Shown: piece by piece, positions 8,196 through 19,092 of the stretch
How positions within the stretch are numbered: position 1 is the stretch's first letter
How the letters are laid out: each line of letters begins with the position of its first letter
Virus record (IMG/VR): IMGVR_UViG_3300025912_000012
Location: 71,080-135,079 of that record
DNA: 64,000 nt
From: a virus
Lineage: Duplodnaviria > Caudoviricetes
Direction: 5' to 3' (one strand)
Translations under genes and position numbers: made by a program
The notes under the pieces: model-generated
The model's input: the letters and a program-made list of their open reading frames with translations, nothing else
The model's database searches: none
Told to the model about the DNA's origin: nothing

Positions 8196-8515
8196 AGCCC
8201 CACGTCCTTCGCGGTCAGCTCCAGCGGCGCGGACGGCGGTGGAGTCGGGTTTCTCCCGGCAGCAAGACCAGCCAGGGCGCTGATCAGCTGATTGGTAACC
8301 TGCCCTGCTGAGGCAGTCTCGTCAACTGTTTTCCGCTCCGAAGATATGGCTGAACGCAGGGCGTTATTCTCTGTGTGCAGTTCCTTGTTTTCTTCTTCCA
8401 GCCGGGAGAACTCCTGTTCAGAGTGGATTTTCCCGGTGAAAAACGCGTACACCCAGAGAGCCAGAACGATAAGCGCCCCGCCACCCCCGGTAATCAATGG
8501 CAGGAAGCTTTCCAC
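8192..8515 (-). CDS. membrane-anchored coiled-coil protein
   Basis: N-terminal TM then coiled coil. Confidence 0.7.
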   Translation of the reverse strand: MESFLPLITGGGGALIVLALWVYAFFTGKIHSEQEFSRLEEENKELHTENNALRSAISSERKTVDETASAGQVTNQLISALAGLAAGRNPTPPPSAPLELTAKDVGL

Positions 8516-8544
8516 AAGGATTCCCCTCTCTAGCTATTTAGTTT

Positions 8545-9207
8545 TCAGTTTTTGCGAGCACGCACCCATTTCGGGTACGTCTCATCTATCTCTGAATGCA
8601 GCAGTGCAATCCCGTCCGGGTGCACGTTCCCCTCCGGGGGTTCTTCTCCCAGCATGGACAGCCTGGTGCCCGCGTTCACGATCGCGGGGAGGGTGAGTCT
8701 TTTCTCCCTCATCCCGGAGAAGCTCCCGACGAGCCGCCACTCCTGTGCTACCGTTCCCCGCCAGGGACGAGGATGCATCAGGTTCGGGGAGTACGCGCAC
8801 CAGCGCATCTCCATTCCCACGGGGACGTGAGCCTCCCGGGAGATCAGCCCCTGCACCGCAGCCTCGGAGGGAATCTCGTCAATCCCCCCGTGCATCACGA
8901 TGTCATCCTGTTCCGCATTCACTGCCTGTGCCAGGTATTCCCGCAATGCGTTCTTCTTTTCCAGGGCTGGAGCGTTCTGCGGGAGTTCATGCGCCTCCAC
9001 CCGGACGTGATTCCATCTTCCCCGGTAGGTTTCCCAGAGGTTACTCTCCGCGAAATGCAAAGGTTTCGGGGTCTTGTCAAGAGTTACCGCTGCCTCGCAG
9101 ATGACATGCACTACGTCAAGATCCTCAAGCTCAGTGAAACGTGCTTCGAGAAGTTGCAGGTCAGCCTCTGAGCTGACGATGACGCAATCGAAAACCCGCA
9201 TAGCCAT
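8545..9207 (-). CDS. GT17-like glycosyltransferase paralogue, DxD motif lost
   Basis: Aligns by eye with 28056-28832; GGIDEIP replaces SDVDEIP. Confidence 0.7.
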   Translation of the reverse strand: MAMRVFDCVIVSSEADLQLLEARFTELEDLDVVHVICEAAVTLDKTPKPLHFAESNLWETYRGRWNHVRVEAHELPQNAPALEKKNALREYLAQAVNAEQDDIVMHGGIDEIPSEAAVQGLISREAHVPVGMEMRWCAYSPNLMHPRPWRGTVAQEWRLVGSFSGMREKRLTLPAIVNAGTRLSMLGEEPPEGNVHPDGIALLHSEIDETYPKWVRARKN

Positions 9208-9212
9208 CCTTT

Positions 9213-12200
9213 CTAATAGTAACTAGGAGGCTCGAAATCACAGATAAGCTCAATGTTAGCAACAACCTCGCCGTCACCTGCGTTGTTGTTGTTCTGTCCC
9301 CCGAACCGGATTCTCCGGTTGATTTCCGTGACGCGGAGCGTGAGAACTTCTCCGCCTCCTCCCACTTGCCATTCTTCCAGGGTGAGGATATCCCCGATGT
9401 TTATGCTCGCCACGATATTCCACGCGGGAGGATAGGGTGCAGCGTCAATATGCACATTCTGAGCCCGGGTCTGCGGGCTCCCGAAGTTGGTGAACAGCCA
9501 GTTAGCCTGACTCTGCATCACAGTCTGATCCTGCAGCCAGGAGACAACCGCGAGAGGCTGAGCCCCGTGCTGTATCTGCGAAGCCAGCACGTCAGCAGCA
9601 TCACTCGGGGTGAGCAGCGGCAGCTGAGCCCCGCTCGGGGAGAACGGCTGCACGGTAATCACGTTGTAGATACGCTGTGGATCGTTAACAAGCTGATACT
9701 GCTCGTAATACGGGATTTTATCAGTGGTAGCCCCCGCCGTAGGAGGAGCGTTCGGGGTGAGAGTCCACACCGGGTTACTGTACTGGGATGCAAGATGATC
9801 CCGCATCCAGTACGTGAGATTCCCCTGGTTGTCCACGTAAAGCATTCCCCCGTCAGACTGCTGGATCGCCTGAACAGAGCTTCCCACCTGCTGCCCGCCG
9901 CCAGAGAAACCAGGAGCTTGCACCAGGTCAGGAGCCGGGTCGATGGAACGCTGCGGGGTCGTGCATCTCCCGGCGCGCATCAGGCGCTCAATCCGCTGTC
10001 CCACGGAATCCCCGAGAGCTGTCGCGGCACTCGGGGGGGAGGCACCCGACCCGAACCCGGATTGCAGTGAATCCCCGCTTCCCACGACAGTTTCCAGGAG
10101 TTTCTCAGTGCCCACGCTCGCGGACGTATACACGGTGAACAATGGTGCCAGCCCTACCCAGGACATCCACATGGCGTAAGGCCATGCGAAAAACTGGTTA
10201 ATCCCGGTGCTGGTGTACTGGATAACCTGCCCGATACCCGAGGTGATCGCACGAGCTGACGGACCGGAAGAATAAGCTCCCGCGTTCGCGGTCGCGATAA
10301 GCGAGAACGTGAACCCGGAGACGCTGCCCGCCCCCCCGCTCGGGGGATTACCAGGGGAACCCCCGTAACTTCCCGAATAGAACGCCCCGTCCGGGGTCGT
10401 CTGATATCCCCCGTCACTGGTCTGGTCCAGTCCCGAGAAGTCCAGCGACACACCGGCACCCGGAGGGGAGGACACCGGAGCGAGGGAGACGATAGGAGCG
10501 GGAATCAGCCCGAACCCGGTGATCGCGGCAGTGTAATGCGCAAGCAGTCGCCATACGGGGAGCTGATAAGAGAACACTGCCCAGTGGGACAGTGCCATGT
10601 TCCCCCCGTGCACCAGGTTGGACGTGTTCGTGCCACCCCCGGACCCCATGTCCCCGCAGAGGATCAGGTATTTCCACGCAGATGTCATTCCTGTCGCGGA
10701 CCCGGAGACATTCGCGGTTATTCCCCCGTTGAGCAGTACCTGCCATGTCGTTGTGGTCAGCAGGATGTCCACGGAATTCCATGCCCCGGAGCGCAGGTCG
10801 GATGCGGAATAAATGCTATGCGAAGTTCCTGTCGCCCCATTATAGGTAATCAGATTGAGGTGCCCGCTGGAATCCAGCTGGAGGACGCACACGGGAGCTG
10901 TCGCGGTAGCCAGTTCGCAGATGGTAATCGAGGTGAACGGCTGTGCGGTCAGGGACGTGTTATCAAAGTTGTCCATGGAGACAAAGTAGTTGTACCCGCT
11001 CCCGGATCCCTGCAATCCGACGTTGAACCAGCCTTTAATCGTAACCCCCCCGGAAAGCCCGGGGAAACTGTTATCGTTCGCGGACAGGAACCATCCGTGC
11101 GACCCGGTACTCCCAAGCATCCCCGACTGCTGCCAGCTTGCGCTCCCGGGGGCAGCCTGGACCGGGTTCCCGGAGGAGGCGATTGCAGAAGGACTGGATA
11201 CAGGATCCCCGTACATCCATCCCGAGTTTGCCCCCACTCCGTATGTGGCGACACTCCCGGCAGGAGGGGTGACTGATCCTACGATCCCGAAGAAACCATT
11301 GGAAGCCACTTTTGCCGTGATGTCAACCCCGTTAAATCCGTAAGTATCCTGCGCGGTGATCCCGTTCGGGGACGGGACGATATTCATCACCGTCGTATTC
11401 CCGGAGGCAGCGTTCAGCAGGATAAGAGGGAGAACCCCGCCTTCCAGGGGCTGGTCGTCCATCGGGTACCACGCGTACGGGTTGTCCTCGTAAATCTCAG
11501 ACCTGTAGAACGCAGGAGCAACAGCGGACATCGCGGACCAGATGTCCGTTCCCGTAACAGGAGACCACTTGCGCAGGACACTGGATAGCTGTCCCTCCCA
11601 TTCGTGGGAGTTCCGCTGGATTGAATACCAGCGGTTAATAGTGCGACCCCCGAAAGTCCCCAGCGCGAACCGGATACGTATCGGAGTCCCGTCAGTAAGA
11701 CTTACCTGACTTACCGTATCGCTGGTCATGACACTGGTCGCGGACGGGGAGAACGTGATGTTCACGTTACCGCCACTGGGAGTCCCGATGCTCGTAACGG
11801 TAAAGAAAGTCCCCGAGTTCACGGTGTCAGTGAATCCGTCACCTACGCTGATGCTCGCGGCATTCGCGGTTGTCACCGTGAAAAAGTTATGCAGCCCCGG
11901 GGTTCCGACAGTGGAAAAACTCCACGGGGTCGCACTCGGGGTGAGCGCCCCGTCAAAGTTGTCCAGTTCGAGGGCAAGGTTCGTGGACTGAAGCTGCCCC
12001 AGCTGATACTGAATTCCCGTGGTTTCATCCCAGGACCACAGCCTGCTCGTCAGATCCGTCCAGGTCAGTTCCGAATTCGGAGTGTTGAACCCTCCCCCGA
12101 ATGCTGCCTCGAACTTCGTGTAAGGCCAATTCGGATTCTGGCTCGCGGGTACCGGGGATGCTGCTGATACGAGCACCTGGAGCAGTATCCCTGACAGATC

Positions 12201-13766
12201 CTCCGAGGAACTGGAAGTCCCCGATACGCTTACTGATCCCAGGGTACTTGAAAGGAATGCTGCGGTGAGAATATTATCGCACGTAGTGTCTACGTCGTTG
12301 CTCTGCGTTTGGGTAGCGAGAGTCGTCCATGTCGCGGGGGCGAAAGCCTGCCCTGATGCGATGTTATCTCCCCCCACGGCACCCATCGTGAAAGCTGCCT
12401 GTGACGGGGCTCCCAGCGACAGGCTCACCGAGGTTCCCGAGGATGTGTAGTTACTCGTCCTCGCCGTTACCGTATCCCATGGTCCGAGACCCGCGATTTC
12501 CACGACGAGAACGTTGATAGCCGCGATCGACATGTCCGGGGCGCAGTAAACGTACTGCGGGACAATCGTATTGGTTGCTCCCATCCCGATGTTGGGAACA
12601 TATGAAATCCCGGTGCGGACGTTCTGTCCCGATCCGCTCGCGGGGAACTGCCGCCACCACTGATGAGTGTCGTCAGAAACTCCCGTGTGAACGTTGATGA
12701 TCTGAGGGTCCTGTGTCCACGACGCAATGCAGAACAGCCAGTTTCCCGCAGTAGGAGTACCCGATCCGACCCCGACTGAGTTTGCCAGGTTCAGCGGGAC
12801 GACGCAGGATTGCAGCGCAGATGTGGTACTTCCGAAAGTAGTTCCCTGTCCGTACGAGTTCGCCCACTGGTTGACGATCGTGGCACTGGGGAGCCCCCCG
12901 GACGCGGACATGGTACCGACGCCCGAGATGCTTGCCTTCACGCCCAGGGTGGCGTTAGGCGTCATCGTGCCAACCCCGGAAAGGGTGGCGTTCCCCGCTC
13001 CGGTACGCAGCGCGGAAAGAGTACCTACCCCGGAAAGGGTCGCGGCCCCTCGCGGACCGCCCTGCGCGGTGAGCGTTCCCACCCCAGTCATGGTCGCGGT
13101 CCCGGAAATCGCAGCAGTATAAGTCAGGCTGATCTGCCCGCCAGCGCCATTCCCGCCAGTGGTGCCCCCTGTGCGCCCGGAACCGCCACCCCCGCCACCT
13201 CCGAGGCTGTTCCCGTCCGACCCGGGGTTCCCGGTGGTATTCCCGTTCCCGCCTTTACCGCCAGCTCCCCCGTCCGGGGAACCAGCAGAACCACCTGAGG
13301 CTCCGACAGCGTTCCCGAATCCGTTACCTCCGGTACCGCCTGCGCTTGACGATCCCGCGCCACCACCGCCGCCGCCCCCGGCAGGGTTGCTGGTGAGGAT
13401 ACCGGTACCGCCAGCTCCTCCGTCGTGGTGAATGCTGTTAGTGCTGCCGGTGCCTTTCGTACCTGCCGTCTGCCCGAGAGTATTTCCCCCGTGATGCGCG
13501 GTGACGGTTACCGAATCGCCCGGGAAAACGGTATTAGTACTGCTTCCGCCAGTCCCGATCGTAAACGAGTAGTTGGACGCAGGAGTGACGGCAAGAGTTG
13601 TTTCTTCCGCATACTCCCCGCCTCCGCCTCCACCGCCCGAGTGGGAGCTGCCACCGGTAACCCCGTTCCCTCCGTCTCCGCCTTCTGCCCAGCACTGGCA
13701 GTCGATGGAGCTGATCCCGGCTGGGGCGCTCCAGCTTCCGGATGACGTAAAAGTGACCGTAGTCAT
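9213..13766 (-). CDS. large minor tail/tail-tip protein with Gly-rich and LamG-like segments
   Basis: 1517 aa; downstream of tape measure; Gly-rich N-terminus; AWYPMDD and LamG-like beta region. Confidence 0.75.
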   Translation of the reverse strand: MTTVTFTSSGSWSAPAGISSIDCQCWAEGGDGGNGVTGGSSHSGGGGGGGEYAEETTLAVTPASNYSFTIGTGGSSTNTVFPGDSVTVTAHHGGNTLGQTAGTKGTGSTNSIHHDGGAGGTGILTSNPAGGGGGGGAGSSSAGGTGGNGFGNAVGASGGSAGSPDGGAGGKGGNGNTTGNPGSDGNSLGGGGGGGSGRTGGTTGGNGAGGQISLTYTAAISGTATMTGVGTLTAQGGPRGAATLSGVGTLSALRTGAGNATLSGVGTMTPNATLGVKASISGVGTMSASGGLPSATIVNQWANSYGQGTTFGSTTSALQSCVVPLNLANSVGVGSGTPTAGNWLFCIASWTQDPQIINVHTGVSDDTHQWWRQFPASGSGQNVRTGISYVPNIGMGATNTIVPQYVYCAPDMSIAAINVLVVEIAGLGPWDTVTARTSNYTSSGTSVSLSLGAPSQAAFTMGAVGGDNIASGQAFAPATWTTLATQTQSNDVDTTCDNILTAAFLSSTLGSVSVSGTSSSSEDLSGILLQVLVSAASPVPASQNPNWPYTKFEAAFGGGFNTPNSELTWTDLTSRLWSWDETTGIQYQLGQLQSTNLALELDNFDGALTPSATPWSFSTVGTPGLHNFFTVTTANAASISVGDGFTDTVNSGTFFTVTSIGTPSGGNVNITFSPSATSVMTSDTVSQVSLTDGTPIRIRFALGTFGGRTINRWYSIQRNSHEWEGQLSSVLRKWSPVTGTDIWSAMSAVAPAFYRSEIYEDNPYAWYPMDDQPLEGGVLPLILLNAASGNTTVMNIVPSPNGITAQDTYGFNGVDITAKVASNGFFGIVGSVTPPAGSVATYGVGANSGWMYGDPVSSPSAIASSGNPVQAAPGSASWQQSGMLGSTGSHGWFLSANDNSFPGLSGGVTIKGWFNVGLQGSGSGYNYFVSMDNFDNTSLTAQPFTSITICELATATAPVCVLQLDSSGHLNLITYNGATGTSHSIYSASDLRSGAWNSVDILLTTTTWQVLLNGGITANVSGSATGMTSAWKYLILCGDMGSGGGTNTSNLVHGGNMALSHWAVFSYQLPVWRLLAHYTAAITGFGLIPAPIVSLAPVSSPPGAGVSLDFSGLDQTSDGGYQTTPDGAFYSGSYGGSPGNPPSGGAGSVSGFTFSLIATANAGAYSSGPSARAITSGIGQVIQYTSTGINQFFAWPYAMWMSWVGLAPLFTVYTSASVGTEKLLETVVGSGDSLQSGFGSGASPPSAATALGDSVGQRIERLMRAGRCTTPQRSIDPAPDLVQAPGFSGGGQQVGSSVQAIQQSDGGMLYVDNQGNLTYWMRDHLASQYSNPVWTLTPNAPPTAGATTDKIPYYEQYQLVNDPQRIYNVITVQPFSPSGAQLPLLTPSDAADVLASQIQHGAQPLAVVSWLQDQTVMQSQANWLFTNFGSPQTRAQNVHIDAAPYPPAWNIVASINIGDILTLEEWQVGGGGEVLTLRVTEINRRIRFGGQNNNNAGDGEVVANIELICDFEPPSYY

Positions 13767-13805
13767 TCAGCGCCTCCAAGAAGATAAGGAAAACCCAGGG
13801 GGAAA

Positions 13806-14201
13806 TTAAACGAGGGAAATGGAGATACCGGCAGCAGCTACCTGGAATGTGTTCCCGTTGGCGATAGTAATAGGCTGCCCGGTCCAGGACCCGAAAAGAT
13901 GCCTTAGCGGAGTCCCTTCATTGCCCCAGGTTTCCAGTCCGACAATCGACCAGTTTCCACCGCTCCCGTTCGTCCACGAAGCGGTAGACGAATTGGATGT
14001 TGCCGCAGCGGACGCGGCGTTGAATGTCATCACCGTACCGCCAGCGGTATACCCGGTCCCGGTCAGCTCCGTCATGTTACTTGTCGCGGTCGGGGCGCTC
14101 GTTCCCAGCCTGGTTTTAACCGTAGTCGCGGCTGTATAGTTCGTTGCGGTCAGCTCAGCGTTAAGAACACGGTTAGCGTCCGTCTGGTCGAACATTGCCA
14201 T
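13806..14201 (-). CDS. minor tail/tail-fibre-associated protein
   Basis: TELTGTGY motif; NTFQVAAAGISISL C-terminus; position. Confidence 0.7.
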   Translation of the reverse strand: MAMFDQTDANRVLNAELTATNYTAATTVKTRLGTSAPTATSNMTELTGTGYTAGGTVMTFNAASAAATSNSSTASWTNGSGGNWSIVGLETWGNEGTPLRHLFGSWTGQPITIANGNTFQVAAAGISISLV

Positions 14202-14204
14202 TTT

Positions 14205-14453
14205 TTAACGCACCTCCTCAAAAGTAGTTTCCGGGACAACCCCCGCGACATCCATCAGGTATTCAATGTCAAACAGAGTGAGGTCAGCCCGCCCCGTGAT
14301 CGTGACAGGGCGGCATCCGATACCTGCATGATCGTGCGCTATCAGGCAGCAGTTGCATACGACCGCCAGGTCAGGGTGCTGGAAATCCCATGTTTCCGCA
14401 GACTTCCCGCATGAATTGCATTCGACCAGCAGTGGCTTAGGCTCGAAACGCAT
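14205..14453 (-). CDS. small Cys/His protein
   Basis: CNSC..CNCC..HDH; SD AGGAGG. Confidence 0.6.
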   Translation of the reverse strand: MRFEPKPLLVECNSCGKSAETWDFQHPDLAVVCNCCLIAHDHAGIGCRPVTITGRADLTLFDIEYLMDVAGVVPETTFEEVR

Positions 14454-14465
14454 GATATGCCTCCT

Positions 14466-17400
14466 TTATGCACCTTTCCCGGAGAGCTGAATCCCGGTCT
14501 TGTTGTTGCGCTTGGCTTGCTTCAGCAACGCAGCCTGGATTTTCGCGACCAGTGCCTTGATCTGCGCCTCAGTCAGGTTCAGGGTCCCGCTCTGTCCCGC
14601 GTTCACGTTGATGTTGATCGAGGTTCCGCCCTGCCCTACGAATGTCCCGGAGCGGAGATTAGGTGCGAGCATCCCCCCGTACTGAGCCATTGCCGCCTGC
14701 GCGCCCAGTCCTTTCGTTGCCCCGCCAAGCTGACTCCACAGGGAGTTGACGCCTTTAATTCCCCCGTAGTCGTTCATGATCGATTGCGCGAGAGCGTCAC
14801 CCTGCACGGGTCCTGCCGCGATCAGCTGGGAAATGATATTCTTGTTCAGCTTTCCCTTGCGGAGAGTCGCGATGTCTTTTGTGAAAGACTGCACTGACCC
14901 GAGATAGGACTGCATCTGCTCGTAGACGGTCCCCCCGCCTGAGCCCGGGGTAACATTCATGTTCCCGAAAATTCCCGAATCCCCGAAGCCCTGACCTTTC
15001 ATTGCAGCAGAGGCAACGTTTCTTGCCAGCCCTACCTCCTGGCTGATCTTTTTCACCAGAGAGGTTGCTATCTCTTTCGCGGAAGCGGAATTCTTGATTT
15101 CTTTCGCGATAGCCCCGGAAAGAGTGAACGCGAATTCTTTCGCAATTTTCGCCAGGTCCGACGCGGGAATCCCCCCGCTGCTTTTCGCATGGGGAACAAC
15201 CCCGCCAGCCGCGAAATGGGATGCGGAAGACTGGGGAACTCCCCCGAACCCGGGAACCTTATGTGCCGCCAGGATAGGCGCGATCAGCGGGACAAGATAC
15301 CTGGGGATAATTGCCTCCCCTGGTTCAAGCATCGCGGGAATGATATCTCCCAGCCCCGTCCCGGGGACCATTCCCCCGGTCTGCATCCCGATCCCCTTCG
15401 TGGTTACCAGCCCCCCGTAATGCCCATGGGAAAGCAGATATCCAGGGGAGACTCCCGCCGCTACGCTTTTCGGGACACCCAGCTGGGTGTGGACTGTGTT
15501 GATGTAGTTAGTAACCACGTTCGTGGTTACAGTTACCGTCTTCCCGGTGAGTCCCGCGATGGCAGCCTGGAGAGTCTGCACAGGGTGTGAGTTCGCGTAA
15601 GCAGCCACGTTCACGTTTTTCCCGTGCAGGCTGTTAACCAGCTGCTGGAGGGTCTTGACTTTCCCGTCCCCGGTGACCTGTGCCTCGATCTTCAGTCGTA
15701 CCGCTTTCGAGACACCTGCCTGCCGAAGCACGGCATCCAGGCTGGCTTTCATCGCAGCCCCGCCTTGCACTCCAGCTGCCCGCAGCTGGCTTACCATGTC
15801 CTGCACGGCGCTCTGATTGATCATCGGACCACCGAAAGTCCCGCCCCCGAATTTACCGCTCGCCCCGGCAGTTGCTGTCTTCTGGATTGCCATTGCATCC
15901 TGGTAGACTTTAGCCAGCCGGTGCGCCCCGACCTGGGCACCCGTGTAATCCGCAAACTGCTTTGCCACCTCGGGCAGGTTGGCTGACGCGACGACAGTAT
16001 CGGTCATGTTCTTGTTGAATGTCTTTGAACTGCCAGCCATTCTCGTGATCGACTGCTCAGCGCTCTTGAAGTTCTGCGCCAGGGACTTGCTCGTATCGTA
16101 ATATCCGGTGACCCCCATCTGGGCACCCTGCTGCATGAGCATCGCAAGAGCTGACTTGGACTGCCTTGCCTGCGGAAGAATGGACTTCAGCTGGAAGGCG
16201 CTCATTTCCTGCGCCTGCGGGAGTCCCGCAGTCCCGAGTGTCAGGTAGGTCCGCATCTGGTCATTGAAACCCTGCATCTGGGTGATGAACCCGGGCTTAG
16301 ACGAGCTTGTGGATGCGAACGCCTGCCATGCTGCCGCCCCGCCAGGAGTGGTATAGGAGGTGAGAGCTTTCGCTATCGCAGCGGCAGGTGCCGCGCCCGC
16401 TGCTGCTGCCAATCCCGCTCCGGTAGGACCGCCAGCGATGATCTGCTGATAGGAGTCCATTGCCTGATTGACTTTCGCCAGGTTCTGCATTGCACCCTGG
16501 CTCATGATCGTCTGCCCTGCGACAGCAGCCCCGAACGCCCCGGAAGATTGCGTCATCGGGGCGATGACCCTCGCGTAAGAGGTCACCATTTCTTGCGCAG
16601 CGGCAGTTAGCTTCCCGTTTTTCCCGAACGCATGGGACATGTCCAGCATCGCGTTCTGCCCGATCTGGAACGCGTCCGCGAGGGAAACGCTTTTCAGTCC
16701 TGCCTTTTTCAGTGCAGCCATCAACTCGGGAGCTGAATTAGCCAGGTTCCCCATCTGGGTTGCGAAACCCTGCATCCCCGCCCTGTACTGATTCGCGTCA
16801 TATGTCGGGAGGGTTGCCAGCCTCTGTGCTGCCCGAGGGTCGGGGCTGACATTAACAGGAAGCCCGAGAGCCCCTGCTTTTCCTACATATCTCCCGGAGG
16901 TAGCCGCGAGTCCGCTGGCAGTAGTGACCGCATGCGCGAGCGGCTGCCAGGCATCACTGAAACCAGCCTGGTTAATGCTATCCTGCAGCCATCCCAGTCG
17001 CTGCTGCGGGAGGTTTTTAGCGGTAAGTCCCGCTGACATCAGGTAAGCAGTTCCCCCGAGGAGACCCGCAGGCCATCCGGCGATACCCGCGAGCGCTTCC
17101 CCAGCTCCGGATATCCCTAGCCCGAGACCTTCCAGCATTCCCCCTGAGGCTCCCATTCCCCCGAGGGCAATCCCGCCTTTGGAGATCAGTCCCCCGAGTC
17201 CCCCGACGCCTTTAAGTCCGAGCATCCGCCCGATAAGCCCTTCCCCCCCGAGCAGCGCCGGTCCCCAGCGGGACGCAGCCTCATAGGAGAGCAGTGCTCC
17301 GATAACAGGTCCGGGAGTGTCGCGGGTGATTCTCGCGAGCAGCCCGGTCCCGCCCTGGACGGTGGACAGCAGATCCTGCCCGACCCCGGGGAGGTTGGGC

Positions 17401-18593
17401 GCAACATTCAGCAGGGTGTTCCCGATATTCGCCCCGATGTCCCCGAACTGGCGGAGGTATTCGGGACCTCCTCCGAGAGCATCGGAAAGCCTCTTCCCTG
17501 TTCCGCCTTTAGTGAAGTTGATCGCCATCTGGGCAAATCCCCGGTCCAGCATGCTCAGGGTGTTCGTGCCCATGTCGATGAAACCCTGACCGCCTCCGCT
17601 CTGGAGGATTCCCAGGAGACTCCCTGCGATATCATACCCGGCACCCTGCGCCCTGTCCTGAGCTGTCTGCAGTGCCGTCCCGCCCCCGAGGAATTTCCCT
17701 GTGGTCATATTGAAGGCATCCCCGAGGGCTTCACTCGTGGTGAAAATCGCCTTGTATCTCGGGACCATTGCCTCAATCGACTGCACTCCGACAAGGGCAG
17801 CCGCACCCGCTGCGGTCAATGCAGGGACAACAGTGGCTGCAACCTCGGCGGTCATCATCCCCCAGAAGCGGACAGCATTCCAGCCTCCCCCTCGCCAGGG
17901 GACAAAACTCCCGCCGCCGCCCCCGGAAGGACTGCCGGTCCCGAAAATCGTGCGAGGATTAATGCCGCCGTCACCGCCGCCGCCTGCTGCCATGCGGGCA
18001 GCCATGATGGCTGCGGCACCTCCGCCACCGCCACCCCCGCCCCCGCCTGCTGCGCTGGCAATAGCGGCATCGATGATGCCCGCGCCATCCCTGTTCTTGC
18101 CTCGTGTCGCTGCAGCAAGATAATCAGAGGTTCCCTTATGGATAGCCGCAATACTGGTAGCAGCATCGTCAGCTTCTTTCCTGACCGCTTCCAGCTTTTT
18201 ACGGTAATCATCAAGGGCTCTTGAGCCTGATGCTATCGAGGTAGTAGTATCGTCATGCGTCCGACCCAGCTCCCTGACCATGATCGCCTGATCGCGGGAG
18301 GCATTCTGAAGGTTGGCATACATGTGCACTGCGTCTTTGACAGCCTCAGTATGCTCTATGACTGAAGCGGAACCCTCCCTGTTAGCCATGACCATGGAAC
18401 TCATGTCGTTCCTGAGATCAATGTTGATCTTCATCATTTCTCTCTGGGAGGCAATCATGTCATCGATGGCGGTCCTGTTTTCCTTCGCCATCTTGATAGC
18501 CGCAATGACAACCTCGTCAGCGGCTCTCGTATATCCGCTGCTGTCAGCGTCAAAACGCTGAGTTACATCAGGTAGACCGCCAGCCTTAGGCAT
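14466..18593 (-). CDS. tape measure protein
   Basis: 1375 aa; Ala/Gly-rich helical; AMLEPGE motif; downstream of tail tube and chaperones. Confidence 0.85.
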   Translation of the reverse strand: MPKAGGLPDVTQRFDADSSGYTRAADEVVIAAIKMAKENRTAIDDMIASQREMMKINIDLRNDMSSMVMANREGSASVIEHTEAVKDAVHMYANLQNASRDQAIMVRELGRTHDDTTTSIASGSRALDDYRKKLEAVRKEADDAATSIAAIHKGTSDYLAAATRGKNRDGAGIIDAAIASAAGGGGGGGGGGAAAIMAARMAAGGGGDGGINPRTIFGTGSPSGGGGGSFVPWRGGGWNAVRFWGMMTAEVAATVVPALTAAGAAALVGVQSIEAMVPRYKAIFTTSEALGDAFNMTTGKFLGGGTALQTAQDRAQGAGYDIAGSLLGILQSGGGQGFIDMGTNTLSMLDRGFAQMAINFTKGGTGKRLSDALGGGPEYLRQFGDIGANIGNTLLNVAPNLPGVGQDLLSTVQGGTGLLARITRDTPGPVIGALLSYEAASRWGPALLGGEGLIGRMLGLKGVGGLGGLISKGGIALGGMGASGGMLEGLGLGISGAGEALAGIAGWPAGLLGGTAYLMSAGLTAKNLPQQRLGWLQDSINQAGFSDAWQPLAHAVTTASGLAATSGRYVGKAGALGLPVNVSPDPRAAQRLATLPTYDANQYRAGMQGFATQMGNLANSAPELMAALKKAGLKSVSLADAFQIGQNAMLDMSHAFGKNGKLTAAAQEMVTSYARVIAPMTQSSGAFGAAVAGQTIMSQGAMQNLAKVNQAMDSYQQIIAGGPTGAGLAAAAGAAPAAAIAKALTSYTTPGGAAAWQAFASTSSSKPGFITQMQGFNDQMRTYLTLGTAGLPQAQEMSAFQLKSILPQARQSKSALAMLMQQGAQMGVTGYYDTSKSLAQNFKSAEQSITRMAGSSKTFNKNMTDTVVASANLPEVAKQFADYTGAQVGAHRLAKVYQDAMAIQKTATAGASGKFGGGTFGGPMINQSAVQDMVSQLRAAGVQGGAAMKASLDAVLRQAGVSKAVRLKIEAQVTGDGKVKTLQQLVNSLHGKNVNVAAYANSHPVQTLQAAIAGLTGKTVTVTTNVVTNYINTVHTQLGVPKSVAAGVSPGYLLSHGHYGGLVTTKGIGMQTGGMVPGTGLGDIIPAMLEPGEAIIPRYLVPLIAPILAAHKVPGFGGVPQSSASHFAAGGVVPHAKSSGGIPASDLAKIAKEFAFTLSGAIAKEIKNSASAKEIATSLVKKISQEVGLARNVASAAMKGQGFGDSGIFGNMNVTPGSGGGTVYEQMQSYLGSVQSFTKDIATLRKGKLNKNIISQLIAAGPVQGDALAQSIMNDYGGIKGVNSLWSQLGGATKGLGAQAAMAQYGGMLAPNLRSGTFVGQGGTSININVNAGQSGTLNLTEAQIKALVAKIQAALLKQAKRNNKTGIQLSGKGA

Positions 18594-18607
18594 GATTCAC
18601 CTCCTTT

Positions 18608-19090
18608 TTACGGGTCGTACGGCTCGAATGCTTTGATACCGTGATCACGCAGTGATCCGTCGTCAACGGACTCATCTACGGTCGGTTCGAGGAATGGATG
18701 CTCAGGGGATTCGAGGAACGTGTGATACCAGGCTCCCCCGGAGTCACGCCACTGGAGGAATTTCTTTCCCACCGGCTCGATGGTGCACCCGTATTCAAGA
18801 ATCCGGGAGTAGTCAACCCGGTTTCCCACCCACGCGGATGCTTTCCCTCCGCTCCCGTACGAGGGCTTGTAGAACATCCCCCGGGCGAGCTTCCCGGTAC
18901 CACGCGCAGGAGGCTCCCCCGGGCGAGTACGGTGCCATGCGCCTGATCCGTGGCTTGATCTGGTCAGGGTGTCTTTCGCGGTACGTTCGGAGATGAATTT
19001 CGCCATTGCGGTAGCGGCGGCAGCGGCACCCCCGTGCGTTCCGGCAGCAATCGCCTTCCAGACATCTATGTTTTCCTCGAAAGAAGCCAC
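18608..19090 (-). CDS. HK97 gp10-like tail completion protein
   Basis: PGEPPARGTGKL; YSRILEYG; PEHPFLEP. Confidence 0.75.
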   Translation of the reverse strand: MASFEENIDVWKAIAAGTHGGAAAAATAMAKFISERTAKDTLTRSSHGSGAWHRTRPGEPPARGTGKLARGMFYKPSYGSGGKASAWVGNRVDYSRILEYGCTIEPVGKKFLQWRDSGGAWYHTFLESPEHPFLEPTVDESVDDGSLRDHGIKAFEPYDP

Positions 19091-19092
19091 AC

